From contig CAZHQW010000008.1 of NCBI GenBank assembly GCA_964534745.1, positions 5,156 to 69,155 of the forward strand: 64,000 nt of DNA, given 5' to 3'. The notes below the pieces were generated by a model. It worked only from the letters and a program-made list of their open reading frames with translations, was not told where the DNA came from and ran no database searches. Shown here piece by piece: positions 19,164 through 29,046 of the stretch. The DNA comes from an uncultured Bacteroidales bacterium (GTDB lineage Bacteria > Bacteroidota > Bacteroidia > Bacteroidales > UBA10428). The number at the start of each line of letters is the position of its first letter. Position 1 is the first letter of the stretch. The position numbers and the translations under genes were made by a program.

Positions 19164-22007
19164 TTAATTTGCGGTTTTTACATTCAGAATCAGGTTTAGC
19201 CTGGCCAGTTTCCCTTTGGGTTCCACAACAAACGGAACATTCCCGGGCAGTTCAAGATTAAAAATTAAGTTTTCTCCCTGAATATGCCAATCTACCTTTA
19301 CTAAACCAGCCGGGTGCGGAACCGCTCCTTTGGCCCAGGTAACATTTTCTGTTTGGGGTTGAATCAACACCGTGTCGCGTGAGAATGCCTGGTTAAAACC
19401 TACTTTTACTCCTAAAATTTCGGTGGATAAAAAATAAGTAGGATGACCGCTCCAGGCATGGCTTGCTGTTCCCTGCCCATCATTATTTTCTGCACCAATA
19501 TCAAAGTTCTCCCATGAGGTATCATCTCCCTGATGTATCATCCGGGACCAGAATTGCTTCATGAATCGTTCTGCCAATGCCGCTTCACCATTTTGGTATA
19601 ATGCTGCAAACAGGTAAAACGCACCATAAGGTGTAGTCTTACGATTACGGCTTTCTTCTCTGATATCTATTAACTCTTCGTCAAGATAGTTAATTAACTT
19701 TTGTTTTTTTTCAACATCGTCAACAACGTTAAAAAGTAGTGGGTAGTAAGAGGAAATAGGGTAATGGTGATCAATCTTCCGGCCATTCTCATAACCATCA
19801 AAAAATGAATGGAGTTTCTCATCCCAAAATAATTTGTTAATTACGGCTTTTAATGCCTCTGCTCTTTTTAAAAATTCCAATACATCGTCCGTGTATCCGA
19901 AATCAGTGGCTAAATCCTGCATCATTTTAAATGAGCCATATAATAATGCCTGGTAGGCAGTTAAATCGGCTGTTTTTGGAATTCTTGTCCACTCCAAAAA
20001 GACATTCCCGGCCTGGTAATATCCATCAGAAGTAATTTTCTTTTCCAAATGATTCAGGTACGTTTTATAATTTGGATAAAGCAACTTTGCGAAAATGGAA
20101 TCTCCGGTATATTTGTAGTACCAGTATAATTCAATTAAAGTTTTTAAAATGAAATCATTATGCCTGTTTTCTGAACCCGTTGTCATCTCTTCCCTATACA
20201 TATCCTGAAATAGAACGAGTGATTTTTTTATCAAACGGCTTTCACCTGAAGTGGCCAGGGTAATGGCATATTCCGGTAAGGCGTCTCCCGCATACAATCC
20301 TCTTTCGCGGAAGGGAGTGTCGATGTATGAATCTTCCGAGCAAACCCGGAGAGTACGCCAGCCCAATTCCCAGATTTTGTTTAACATGGGGTCGGAACAT
20401 TCAAACCAACCGGCTTTTTCATAAGGGTAAACCTGCTCAATCACACCTAGCTGACGAATTTTCACCTTTTGGTTTTGAACCGGTACTACCTTGACTATAA
20501 TATAACGAACCCCATAAGGTTTAAAGGTGGCATATCGGTTTTGTGTTCCGTTGGTTATAAAACGGGCGCCCGAATTAATTTGCATACGTTTGTATAAATA
20601 GGGCATTTGGTATTTATTTAAATCTTCACTCCACCCCAATTCTATTACTGTTCCTTTTGGTGCATTAACATCAATAAATAATCTGCCCAGTGTTTTATGT
20701 CCCATATCGAAAACATAGTACCGGGGTCCTGTGGTTACAAAATCTCTTGTCTGATAATCATTTTCCTTTAGATTATTAAAAAAGTCGGGGTGGTGCCAGA
20801 CAAGTTCCCTGGCAGGATTCTCAATTCTTTTACTGTATGATTGGCTATGCCAGTTTAAGCTATCGAGGGATTTTAATAATTCTTTTTCATTAGTTTTAAA
20901 TTTATTTACCCATTCAACCGATTGTTCTTCGCTTGGTGGGGCTAAGGTTTTAAAAAAAATTGTGCCTTTTTTTTTCTTATCTGCTGCAAATTGCAATCCT
21001 GAATTTGCAGGCATAGCCACCGTAAATTCCCATGCTCCCCATATGGCCCGGTAATATACAAAGAGATAGTTCCATCCCTTTTTGAGTTTAAATATCCGAT
21101 TTTCCCTTACCGGATTTGAATTACTTCTTGAACTTACATGTAAAGGCCCTTCTCCATTCAGATAATAATCGCCCCACCAGGTACCCAGTTCAATTTCCTG
21201 ATCTTTTGGCGAGAAAACATAGGTATACCCCAGCATATTTTGACCTGAGTTATATTCTGTGGCTGTTTCATCAGGAGTTTTTACATAAAATGAAGATATG
21301 ACTTCATCTTTTTGTTCCTTGAATATGCCAAGGCATGAAAGGGGTGTCTTTTCGTTCTGAGTCAGGTGCGGAATTGTCCGGGGAGTTAGCTCTCCCCAAT
21401 GGCCTTGATTTTTAATTGGCACAGGAGTCTGCCAACCCTGGTCATTAAAGGTGATATTCTGCCAGCCGGAAGGTTCTTTATTCAAATCCTGATTTTCTAA
21501 AGCTCCGCATGCAAATGAAAACTTAATGGTATTGGTGTCCATTGATGCTACAGGAAGCATTTTCCAATTACCGGGTGTTTCTAAATTTATCTCATTACCC
21601 GTGCTTTCAATAACTGATCCCCATGCAATGAAACCTCCAATACTTTTGGGTAATTGAAATGTTTCCATTCCATTGGCCAGCACTTCAACGGCAATTACAT
21701 TTTCACCTTCTTTAAGATAATCCTTCATTTCATAGGTATCATATTCCGGATGAGCCAGATAAAATCTGGAGGGGCCGAAATTAATATGGGTTCCGTTAAC
21801 ATAGAGATGATATCTGGAATCGGCAAACAGATGAATTTCAGATCCCGATGGCATTTCACTTAATTCAAAGCTATATCGGAATAACACTTTTTGCTGCCGC
21901 CCTCTACCTTCGGTATCTTTCCATACAAATTTTGCAGGATGGTTATTTGCCATGACTTGCAATATCGCCATAGATAAGATAAAAGTGATGTGTAGTCTAT
22001 TGTTCAT
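19164..22007 (-). CDS. GH78-related alpha-L-rhamnosidase-family protein (six-hairpin catalytic domain), secreted
   Basis: The start is the ATG at 22007 (MNNRLHITFILSMAILQVMANN); the track start 22028 is a TTG that overlaps the upstream stop. GH78-type motifs are present: WFECSDPMLNKIWELGWRTLRVCSEDSYIDTPFRERGLYAGDA and GTASHAWSGHPTYFL. Confidence 0.65.
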   Translation of the reverse strand: MNNRLHITFILSMAILQVMANNHPAKFVWKDTEGRGRQQKVLFRYSFELSEMPSGSEIHLFADSRYHLYVNGTHINFGPSRFYLAHPEYDTYEMKDYLKEGENVIAVEVLANGMETFQLPKSIGGFIAWGSVIESTGNEINLETPGNWKMLPVASMDTNTIKFSFACGALENQDLNKEPSGWQNITFNDQGWQTPVPIKNQGHWGELTPRTIPHLTQNEKTPLSCLGIFKEQKDEVISSFYVKTPDETATEYNSGQNMLGYTYVFSPKDQEIELGTWWGDYYLNGEGPLHVSSRSNSNPVRENRIFKLKKGWNYLFVYYRAIWGAWEFTVAMPANSGLQFAADKKKKGTIFFKTLAPPSEEQSVEWVNKFKTNEKELLKSLDSLNWHSQSYSKRIENPARELVWHHPDFFNNLKENDYQTRDFVTTGPRYYVFDMGHKTLGRLFIDVNAPKGTVIELGWSEDLNKYQMPYLYKRMQINSGARFITNGTQNRYATFKPYGVRYIIVKVVPVQNQKVKIRQLGVIEQVYPYEKAGWFECSDPMLNKIWELGWRTLRVCSEDSYIDTPFRERGLYAGDALPEYAITLATSGESRLIKKSLVLFQDMYREEMTTGSENRHNDFILKTLIELYWYYKYTGDSIFAKLLYPNYKTYLNHLEKKITSDGYYQAGNVFLEWTRIPKTADLTAYQALLYGSFKMMQDLATDFGYTDDVLEFLKRAEALKAVINKLFWDEKLHSFFDGYENGRKIDHHYPISSYYPLLFNVVDDVEKKQKLINYLDEELIDIREESRNRKTTPYGAFYLFAALYQNGEAALAERFMKQFWSRMIHQGDDTSWENFDIGAENNDGQGTASHAWSGHPTYFLSTEILGVKVGFNQAFSRDTVLIQPQTENVTWAKGAVPHPAGLVKVDWHIQGENLIFNLELPGNVPFVVEPKGKLARLNLILNVKTAN

Positions 22008-22020
22008 ATATAAAAATCTT

Positions 22021-24543
22021 TCACTCAAGTATAAATTTCACTTTATATACTCCTTTCCCACTAATTTTCATAAAGGCATAATTAGACGATTCCACCTTTT
22101 TGATACCGGTATCAACAGCTTTATCATTTACAAACGATGCTATAACCTGTCTTCCTTCAGGTAATAAAACCTGTAAATCGGTTTCGTCCTGAGTCCCGGT
22201 AAAAGTAAGGTAAATCTCATTCTTTGTTTTAAGGTATTTATAACTTATATAGGCTTTTGATGCTTCGTATTTTATTGTTACACTTACTTCTTTTTCGTTT
22301 GCTGCTTCCCACCGGGGAGTAAGTAATACATTATTGAAAGACTGTCCCTGATCTTTAACTCCGGCCAGCCCTTCAACCAATGCATATACCACAGCAGCAG
22401 CACCCCAATTATCGGGAATACCCCCGGATATGATATCAGGTGTGAACAAAACATCGGTGTCAGAAAGGCTTAGCCCTAAAACCATCCATTTGGTACCATC
22501 TTTTGCTGCATCAAATACAATTTCACTAATTAACTTATCGGGCTGAGGGTTATTTAGTCCATACACGCCTACGCCAACTTTATCTGAAAACTTGTTTTTT
22601 CCTGTCCATGCCACTTGAAGATTAGGCATTTGCTTTCTGTCTTGAGGCGCAGCAGGATACCACCAGGAAGTAATTTTTCCGGGTGTAATATAGTCCAAAG
22701 TACTACTCCCATCTGCATATCTTATTGTTATGCTTCCGCAAAAAGTAGTTTTATTCGCGGTATGGAGAAAATAAATTGATTTCGCCTTTTTACCCACATT
22801 TATCCTGGCTTGTTGCGCATAAGCTGAATCTTCAGACAAACCTAAACAGGCCTTTCTGCCATTTTCCTCAGGGTCAATTATAGTAAACTCGATCCCTTTA
22901 AATATCTGCTTCCCGGTGGGGAATTCATGTAAATCGTTTTCACCTTCATTGGTCCAACCCATTACGCCCTTTTGTGTATTGCCTGCAAAATCGGTGTTTG
23001 CTACTTCTTTGAGGCTTATAGGTGTAAAAGTCCTCCCGGGCTCTTCCGGCATTTGACCACGATAGGTGCAATGAAGATAATTGTCAGTTTTCTTTGCTAA
23101 TGCCAATTGTCTATCCAATATATCTACCCCGTATTGCTCAAAGCCATGTTCGAAAGCCCCATGGGCCAATTCACCGGCTACAATGGAAGTTACACCCCCA
23201 TTCATATAATTCCATTTTGAATTATGGCCTTCATATCCATTCTCAAAGGGAGGATAAATGGTATAGAATTCCCCGGGTGAAGTGGCAGGCATTTCCATTC
23301 TGATCTGCTGATAGGTATTAATAATATTCACCGCCTTATCGTGCGAAATCCCACGGTTTAAGGAGTAGGCGTTTGATAATGAAACCTGTGTTTTTTCGTC
23401 AACACCTAAATCTCTTTTAATTGAAGTATCCTCTGGGACATGATGCGTAAAAAATTCACCATTCCACGAAAGCTTGTTCAATCGGACTTCAAGATCGTCA
23501 CTTAACTGCTGAATTTTTTCAGCCTCTTCTTTTCTGCCAGCAACATTCAACATTTCACTCAAATAACGGCAAGCGGCGATCATCCCGGTATTATCGCCAA
23601 ACATAATTCCAAATCGTGTATGTTCAGCAGTAACAATCATTGCATCAGGCATATTTCCTTCTCCTACAGAGATAGCGGCATCTTCATCGTTCTGAAAATC
23701 CCATGTATCGATGGTATATCCCCGTTTAAGCAATTGATATTTATCTGACCATCTATACGGACTTGTAGTACTATATTCCAAAGCCTTAAGTGCTTTATCG
23801 ATCATCCCTTTCATCCACTCCGTATCTCCTGTAGCCTTCCATGTGTAATAAATTCCTTCGATGAACAGATATTCCACATCATTTTCAACAGGGATACGGG
23901 TAAAAATCATGTCATTACCTTCAAAATACTTTACAAAATCTCCATACCTGAACCGTTGAATCCAATAGCTTCCGGGAGCCTGATCATAATTATCCCAGAT
24001 CATGCCATCTTCCCGCTGTGAATCTCCATAAAGATCAATTCCGCTTTTAACCTCGGGATAGAAATACTTCATACCTTTCAATGTATGCACATGGTCGCGT
24101 AACCACCCCACAAAAGTGTGATAATATTGTCCATTAAACCGTCGTACATCACTCTCACGTTTCCATTCTCCGGTCATGGAATGATAAAGCACATCGAGCA
24201 ATTCCCTATATTTTCCGGAGGCATCATTTATTTCTGTTTTGCAATCGACGGTGAACGTTATCATGTCAAGCAGAACACCCTTTTTGCTTTTCAATAAAAT
24301 ATTATGAGAGCCCAGAGTGCCGCCAACAACCATTTTCACTTTCTCTTCAATTTCAGAAGAAAAGTACCTGTAACTCTTGCCATCGTATACTTCAATTTGT
24401 CCTTTGGTTTCAGAGAAAATAACAAGCGTATCAAGAGGCTGGTAAGTCTCTTTCTTATCAACAATTTTTAAGGATAGTTGTGGAAAAACTGTTACACCAA
24501 TAAACAAAAAAGCTATTAAAAGTAATATCCTTTGTTTTTTCAT
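22021..24543 (-). CDS. secreted 840-aa protein of unassigned family; possible (alpha/alpha)6 glycosidase-like core plus a C-terminal beta-sandwich
   Basis: The ORF is long and clean, with signal peptide MKKQRILLLIAFLFIGVTVFPQ. Only weak hints of a fold are visible (FVGWLRDHVHTLKG, YTIDTWDFQ, WNYMNGGVTSIVAGELAHGAFEHG). It sits in the PUL between GH78-like and GH116-like genes. The existence of the CDS is near certain; its function is not. Confidence 0.45.
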   Translation of the reverse strand: MKKQRILLLIAFLFIGVTVFPQLSLKIVDKKETYQPLDTLVIFSETKGQIEVYDGKSYRYFSSEIEEKVKMVVGGTLGSHNILLKSKKGVLLDMITFTVDCKTEINDASGKYRELLDVLYHSMTGEWKRESDVRRFNGQYYHTFVGWLRDHVHTLKGMKYFYPEVKSGIDLYGDSQREDGMIWDNYDQAPGSYWIQRFRYGDFVKYFEGNDMIFTRIPVENDVEYLFIEGIYYTWKATGDTEWMKGMIDKALKALEYSTTSPYRWSDKYQLLKRGYTIDTWDFQNDEDAAISVGEGNMPDAMIVTAEHTRFGIMFGDNTGMIAACRYLSEMLNVAGRKEEAEKIQQLSDDLEVRLNKLSWNGEFFTHHVPEDTSIKRDLGVDEKTQVSLSNAYSLNRGISHDKAVNIINTYQQIRMEMPATSPGEFYTIYPPFENGYEGHNSKWNYMNGGVTSIVAGELAHGAFEHGFEQYGVDILDRQLALAKKTDNYLHCTYRGQMPEEPGRTFTPISLKEVANTDFAGNTQKGVMGWTNEGENDLHEFPTGKQIFKGIEFTIIDPEENGRKACLGLSEDSAYAQQARINVGKKAKSIYFLHTANKTTFCGSITIRYADGSSTLDYITPGKITSWWYPAAPQDRKQMPNLQVAWTGKNKFSDKVGVGVYGLNNPQPDKLISEIVFDAAKDGTKWMVLGLSLSDTDVLFTPDIISGGIPDNWGAAAVVYALVEGLAGVKDQGQSFNNVLLTPRWEAANEKEVSVTIKYEASKAYISYKYLKTKNEIYLTFTGTQDETDLQVLLPEGRQVIASFVNDKAVDTGIKKVESSNYAFMKISGKGVYKVKFILE

Positions 24544-24567
24544 CTGTTTATAATTTATTTTCGTTGG

Positions 24568-25722
24568 TCAGACAGATTCAGGTAGCCACCTTTTGATATG
24601 CTCCGGGTTACTGGTTCGAATGTCCCCCCTATTTATTGGATTTTTAATTTTTAAAACGCGATAGTATTTAAACGGAATAGAATTGATCCCCCTGTCCTCC
24701 CACTCTGAGAGCTTTCCTTCCCACGATTTATCCTGGTACCCCCATAGACCTTCAGCATAAATGGGTTGCCCCTGGGCTATATCCACAATCACCATACCGT
24801 ATTTCTTCAATGCATTAGCAACCACAGTTTCTTCTTTCGTTAAATCGAACTGGCTTAAATCAAGTTGTGGGTCGAGTTGGATAACTGCCCCTTCGGGAAT
24901 ACCCCCTTCCACAAATCCATCGGTCCAGGATGCCGGATAAACAAAAATTTGTTTAGCAGCAAAACGTGTTGCACAAGAAAGCTTATGCCTGATTTCACCT
25001 TCCATTACTTCATCGTACCGGATCAATCCGGCAATAGCAGGAACACCTGAAGCCCTGCTTGGCCCATGGAAATGAACACTCTCATCCTCTACATAACCCA
25101 GTTCATAGCTATTGAAAACGCCGTCTCCATCGAGCCGGTAAAACATGCCGGTTTTTGACTGCCAGGAGCCATCTTCCAGTTGCTTTAGTCCCCACATATC
25201 CCAGGCTATCATCCTTTTCCAATCCACCACGGCAAAATGTGCATCCTCCTCTATATCAGGTCTTGCTCCGGCAGGAATTGGAACAGGATTGAAACCTGGT
25301 CCATGGCCAAAATGTGTCCTTTCATTTTTAGTAATCCAGACTTCTTTTTTCTTTTCATCCAAAGGGTGCTTTTTGACATGGACATATTCTGTATTTTCAT
25401 CGACTTCATAAACAGGAATCGTCCACTTCCGAAAAACAGTGCCAAAATTTTCACCGGTAGGTTCCTGTTCAAGCATTTTTATCCATTTATCACTGCTGGG
25501 ATCAATTTCCGGATTGTCACCGATGGGCTGATTCCAAAAACTATCATCAGAAAAGAATCGTTGAACTGTTTCTTTCTCATTCACTGTATTGGATTCCTTT
25601 TTTGTAGATTCTGAACTTTGGCTGCCACAGTTCGAAAAGACCATTCCTATGATTATCAAAAGAAGTATGGTCTTTACTTTATGGCCTACTTTTATTAAAT
25701 TGAATAATAGTCTTTTATCCAT
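24568..25722 (-). CDS. lipoprotein of unknown function embedded in the PUL (384 aa)
   Basis: The start is the ATG at 25722 (MDKRLLFNLIKVGHKVKTILLLIIIGMVFSNCGS, lipobox); the track start 25749 is TTG. I recognise no family. Conserved-looking blocks are FFSDDSFWNQPIG, FGHGPGFNPVPIP and HGPSRASGVPAIAGLIRYDEVMEGEIRHKL. Confidence 0.5.
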   Translation of the reverse strand: MDKRLLFNLIKVGHKVKTILLLIIIGMVFSNCGSQSSESTKKESNTVNEKETVQRFFSDDSFWNQPIGDNPEIDPSSDKWIKMLEQEPTGENFGTVFRKWTIPVYEVDENTEYVHVKKHPLDEKKKEVWITKNERTHFGHGPGFNPVPIPAGARPDIEEDAHFAVVDWKRMIAWDMWGLKQLEDGSWQSKTGMFYRLDGDGVFNSYELGYVEDESVHFHGPSRASGVPAIAGLIRYDEVMEGEIRHKLSCATRFAAKQIFVYPASWTDGFVEGGIPEGAVIQLDPQLDLSQFDLTKEETVVANALKKYGMVIVDIAQGQPIYAEGLWGYQDKSWEGKLSEWEDRGINSIPFKYYRVLKIKNPINRGDIRTSNPEHIKRWLPESV

Positions 25723-25956
25723 AGTACAAAATTTAATTTTGTTAGTCAAGAACTCAATTTAGTAAAAAAAATAACAACTAAACTTATCGGTAAAGCGGGA
25801 AAATATCCGAATCAGTTAGGGCATGTAGGAAATTCCATCGATGTTTTCAAATATTCGGCAAGGGTAGAAATTTCTTTAATCTCATTGTATATAAGTATTT
25901 AAATATTTTTTCCCGTCGCGAAGCTTAGATAAATTTTACAAATTTTTTTGAATATA

Positions 25957-28626
25957 CTATTTATTAGATGTGATTTCAAGTTTTTGACTTGCCGGTATTG
26001 TTATGTAATTAGCAAAGCTTATTATTAATTGATTATTTGTAAAGATTATTTCTTTTGGTTCCAGTGCCTTATTGTTTAATCTAACCTTTATATTTTTGTT
26101 TTTTACAATTGATGATTTGATTTTTATTTCATGCAAATGCTGACTTCCGGTAAGTGTTTCAAGATAAACGGAACCATTTTTTTGAATGTAGTGTGCTGTA
26201 CCATTTGGACCAGCAAAGAACATCTTGAAGTTTTGTTCCCTGTTTTTGGGTGCAAAGCTATATACCCCCTGTTTTATGGATAATCCCAAATATGCATTCA
26301 TGATGGCCCATGCCGACATGGGTCGGTAGTAATGACCTCCAAACTCCTGATGATCCCAATATAACCCTGCCTTTCGGTAGCGGTCATCAACACCCTTTAT
26401 CACTTTTAAACCCTCTTCGAGCATATCCTCATATATTAAGAACGATGCAAAGGCTAACTCTACACCTGTCCAGGGAGTATTGGCCTGATCGACCCATAAA
26501 TCAGAAGAGTGAATAGGGAAAAGTTCAGGATGTTCCGGCCATGAACAGTTTCGCAGGAATGAATTATCGATAAACGATTTTTCCAGAATGCTCTCCAATG
26601 ATTTTTTTACCTTTTCGGGTTCAATTAGGTATCCAATACCCGCACAATGCGCTATCCATTGACCAATTAGCTGGTCAGTCAAGCATCCTTCATTAACGCC
26701 ATTAACTCCATTATAATCATTTGAGAGCCTGTAATATGATCCATTCCATAACTTTTCATTCATTAATTGGTTTCCTTTTCTGGCTATAGCTTCATACTTT
26801 TCTTTCATTTCAGGTTCCCCCATTTCTTCAGCAGCTTGAGCAGCCATGGTAAGTGCTGCAATCCACTGCGATTGAATATAAGAAGCCAGACCATACATCG
26901 GAAAGTTGTCGTAACTACACATAATACCTTCCATGTCGGGCATTTGATCACCATCTTTATCACGATGATTAAGGATGTAATCGATTCCCAGTTTGATGGA
27001 AGGCCACATCTCTCGGAGGTAAGCTTTGTCATTGGTCCAGAAATAATCACGTAAAACCATCTGGATATAATTTGGCACTAAATCAACACGCTCGTATACG
27101 CCCCAGGTTCCATTATGATTAAAATCGGGATCGTAACCTAATCCATGATTAATCTCACCCGCTTTGGTCTGTAATTCCCGGTGTGCACGCATCATTGACT
27201 TCTGCAGCTCCGGAAACAGGGCAACAACCATTTGAGATCCATAGAGCGCAACATCAATTGTGGCAGCGGCTCCCCATGATTGATAGGAGGAAAGACCTTC
27301 CCTTATCACATATTTTCCGGCTTTTGATAAAGTTGATGAGGTAATAAAAGTATTTAGCTGCGAATTAACCTGATCAAGCACAAACTGTTCAATATCCGAC
27401 TGATACATATTATCGACAAAGCGACGGCTCTCATTTTTTAAGGTATCCCGGTTTTTTACAAAATACCCGGCAATATCTTCAAGGCTGTTAAGCGTATTCT
27501 GATAATAATGTCCAATATTTTTTGTGTATTTCAGGTTTGCACTATACCGTTCGGGCCAGCCTTTACCGGATGAAGCATTATCCGCTTTATACTGTACTGC
27601 GCCATAATTATTGGGAAAATACCAGTTCATAAAAAACACAGGGTGAAATTTATCCCCTTTGTTTAATTTATGAGACACGGCAATTGAGCTTAAGCATCGC
27701 TGATCATTGTCAAGGCCACTAATTCGACCAATTAAACGGCCATCTGTTGTTTTTGTGTTACGGTTTGGGGTGTCATCAATATTCGCTAGTTTTTTCGAAA
27801 TCAGCAACATCTCGTAATAGGGGTGTTTGTGTTCCCATCCCAGATAGTATGAAACTTCATCTTCGCCAATGGCACCAAGTCCCATTTGTCCGTAACTCGA
27901 TTGTTTTTCATCCATCCCTTCAGCTTTATGGACAAAAAATTTATAGTCCTCTTTTTCGATTAATTCAGATGCAAAAGAGCGGTTTATCATATCGTAACCC
28001 ACCAAATTTCTGAGTGTTCCCAAAAGCATCACGTCGACAGGTTTGTCGGTTTTAGAAACCAGCTCAAAATTAAAATAGATACCTGGTAAGGAAGAATTTG
28101 CCACATCGTGAGGAATAAATGGAGAGAAAGCTTCCATTTCAATATCAAAAGGCATCTCTGAATCGGTGAATTTCATATGCACAAACGGAAAGCGGCCGCT
28201 GTATTCAATGTTCTCAACTGCTTCCATCCAGGGGTAATAATATATAATTCCTTCCAATGCACCTTCACTTAGTGAATTATTTATTTGTAAAAGCTTTATT
28301 TTGGGCTGTTCCCCGTCAATTTGATAACGAACCAGAAAAAATAAATAGCTATCATCCACATGCTTATTGGGTAATGTTGGAAGTTCAAAAACAGGACCCG
28401 TGCCATGTGGATAGTTGTTAAAGATGGACCAGTTATAAAAATTCCCATCTCGACGGAGTTCAATACTTCCGGTACCTATTCCCCCCAGGGCTATTCCGCT
28501 GCGAACTGCTGATGATGACGTATAAGTTTCTTTTAAGGGTATTTTATTGTCAATGGATGAGTCCGGGTCACTGCAAGCAACCCATAATATTAATCCCAAA
28601 ATGTAGAAAATCTGTTTAGTTTTCAT
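25957..28626 (-). CDS. GH116-like glycoside hydrolase (GBA2-type beta-glucosidase family), lipoprotein
   Basis: 889 aa with a lipobox (ILGLILWVACSD). The GH116 N-domain signature is present (SGIALGGIGTGSIELRRDGNFYNWSIFNN), followed by a long helical C-terminal catalytic-type region. Confidence 0.65.
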   Translation of the reverse strand: MKTKQIFYILGLILWVACSDPDSSIDNKIPLKETYTSSSAVRSGIALGGIGTGSIELRRDGNFYNWSIFNNYPHGTGPVFELPTLPNKHVDDSYLFFLVRYQIDGEQPKIKLLQINNSLSEGALEGIIYYYPWMEAVENIEYSGRFPFVHMKFTDSEMPFDIEMEAFSPFIPHDVANSSLPGIYFNFELVSKTDKPVDVMLLGTLRNLVGYDMINRSFASELIEKEDYKFFVHKAEGMDEKQSSYGQMGLGAIGEDEVSYYLGWEHKHPYYEMLLISKKLANIDDTPNRNTKTTDGRLIGRISGLDNDQRCLSSIAVSHKLNKGDKFHPVFFMNWYFPNNYGAVQYKADNASSGKGWPERYSANLKYTKNIGHYYQNTLNSLEDIAGYFVKNRDTLKNESRRFVDNMYQSDIEQFVLDQVNSQLNTFITSSTLSKAGKYVIREGLSSYQSWGAAATIDVALYGSQMVVALFPELQKSMMRAHRELQTKAGEINHGLGYDPDFNHNGTWGVYERVDLVPNYIQMVLRDYFWTNDKAYLREMWPSIKLGIDYILNHRDKDGDQMPDMEGIMCSYDNFPMYGLASYIQSQWIAALTMAAQAAEEMGEPEMKEKYEAIARKGNQLMNEKLWNGSYYRLSNDYNGVNGVNEGCLTDQLIGQWIAHCAGIGYLIEPEKVKKSLESILEKSFIDNSFLRNCSWPEHPELFPIHSSDLWVDQANTPWTGVELAFASFLIYEDMLEEGLKVIKGVDDRYRKAGLYWDHQEFGGHYYRPMSAWAIMNAYLGLSIKQGVYSFAPKNREQNFKMFFAGPNGTAHYIQKNGSVYLETLTGSQHLHEIKIKSSIVKNKNIKVRLNNKALEPKEIIFTNNQLIISFANYITIPASQKLEITSNK

Positions 28627-29046
28627 TTATAATTATTTGGCACAAGATTTAAAACACAAGTCACAGAATTATCCGGGTGCTTTTATCTATGCAAGCTTTC
28701 CTGCAGAAGTAAAATCAGATAATTTTGCCATTTCTAATTCAGAAAGATTTTTTCACAAATGTATTTGGATGGGCAGGATCTTTAGTTTGTCATTTTATTA
28801 AAGAGGTTAGTTATATTGTTTACTTCATTTTTTCGAGTATTTCCTGCCTTTAATTGTACCCTGGATTTAGTAATTATATACTATTTAAATGCTAATTATA
28901 AACCGGCCTCAATGTTTTGGACAAAATATTGGACTTAATCGGGGAAATATCGAACCATTTAAAAAATGATCAAACCTATTTTTGAGAAAATAATAGATTC
29001 GGTAAAAATGAATCTTTCAAGAAAAGAAAACACTAATACTATAATA

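Noticed and set aside
24613-24621. ggttcgaat, a tRNA T-arm-like word.
   Set aside because: It sits inside the 24568-25722 CDS. I could not fold the flanking sequence into an acceptor, D-arm or anticodon cloverleaf. I found no tRNA elsewhere in the window by eye. A tRNAscan-SE run would settle it.
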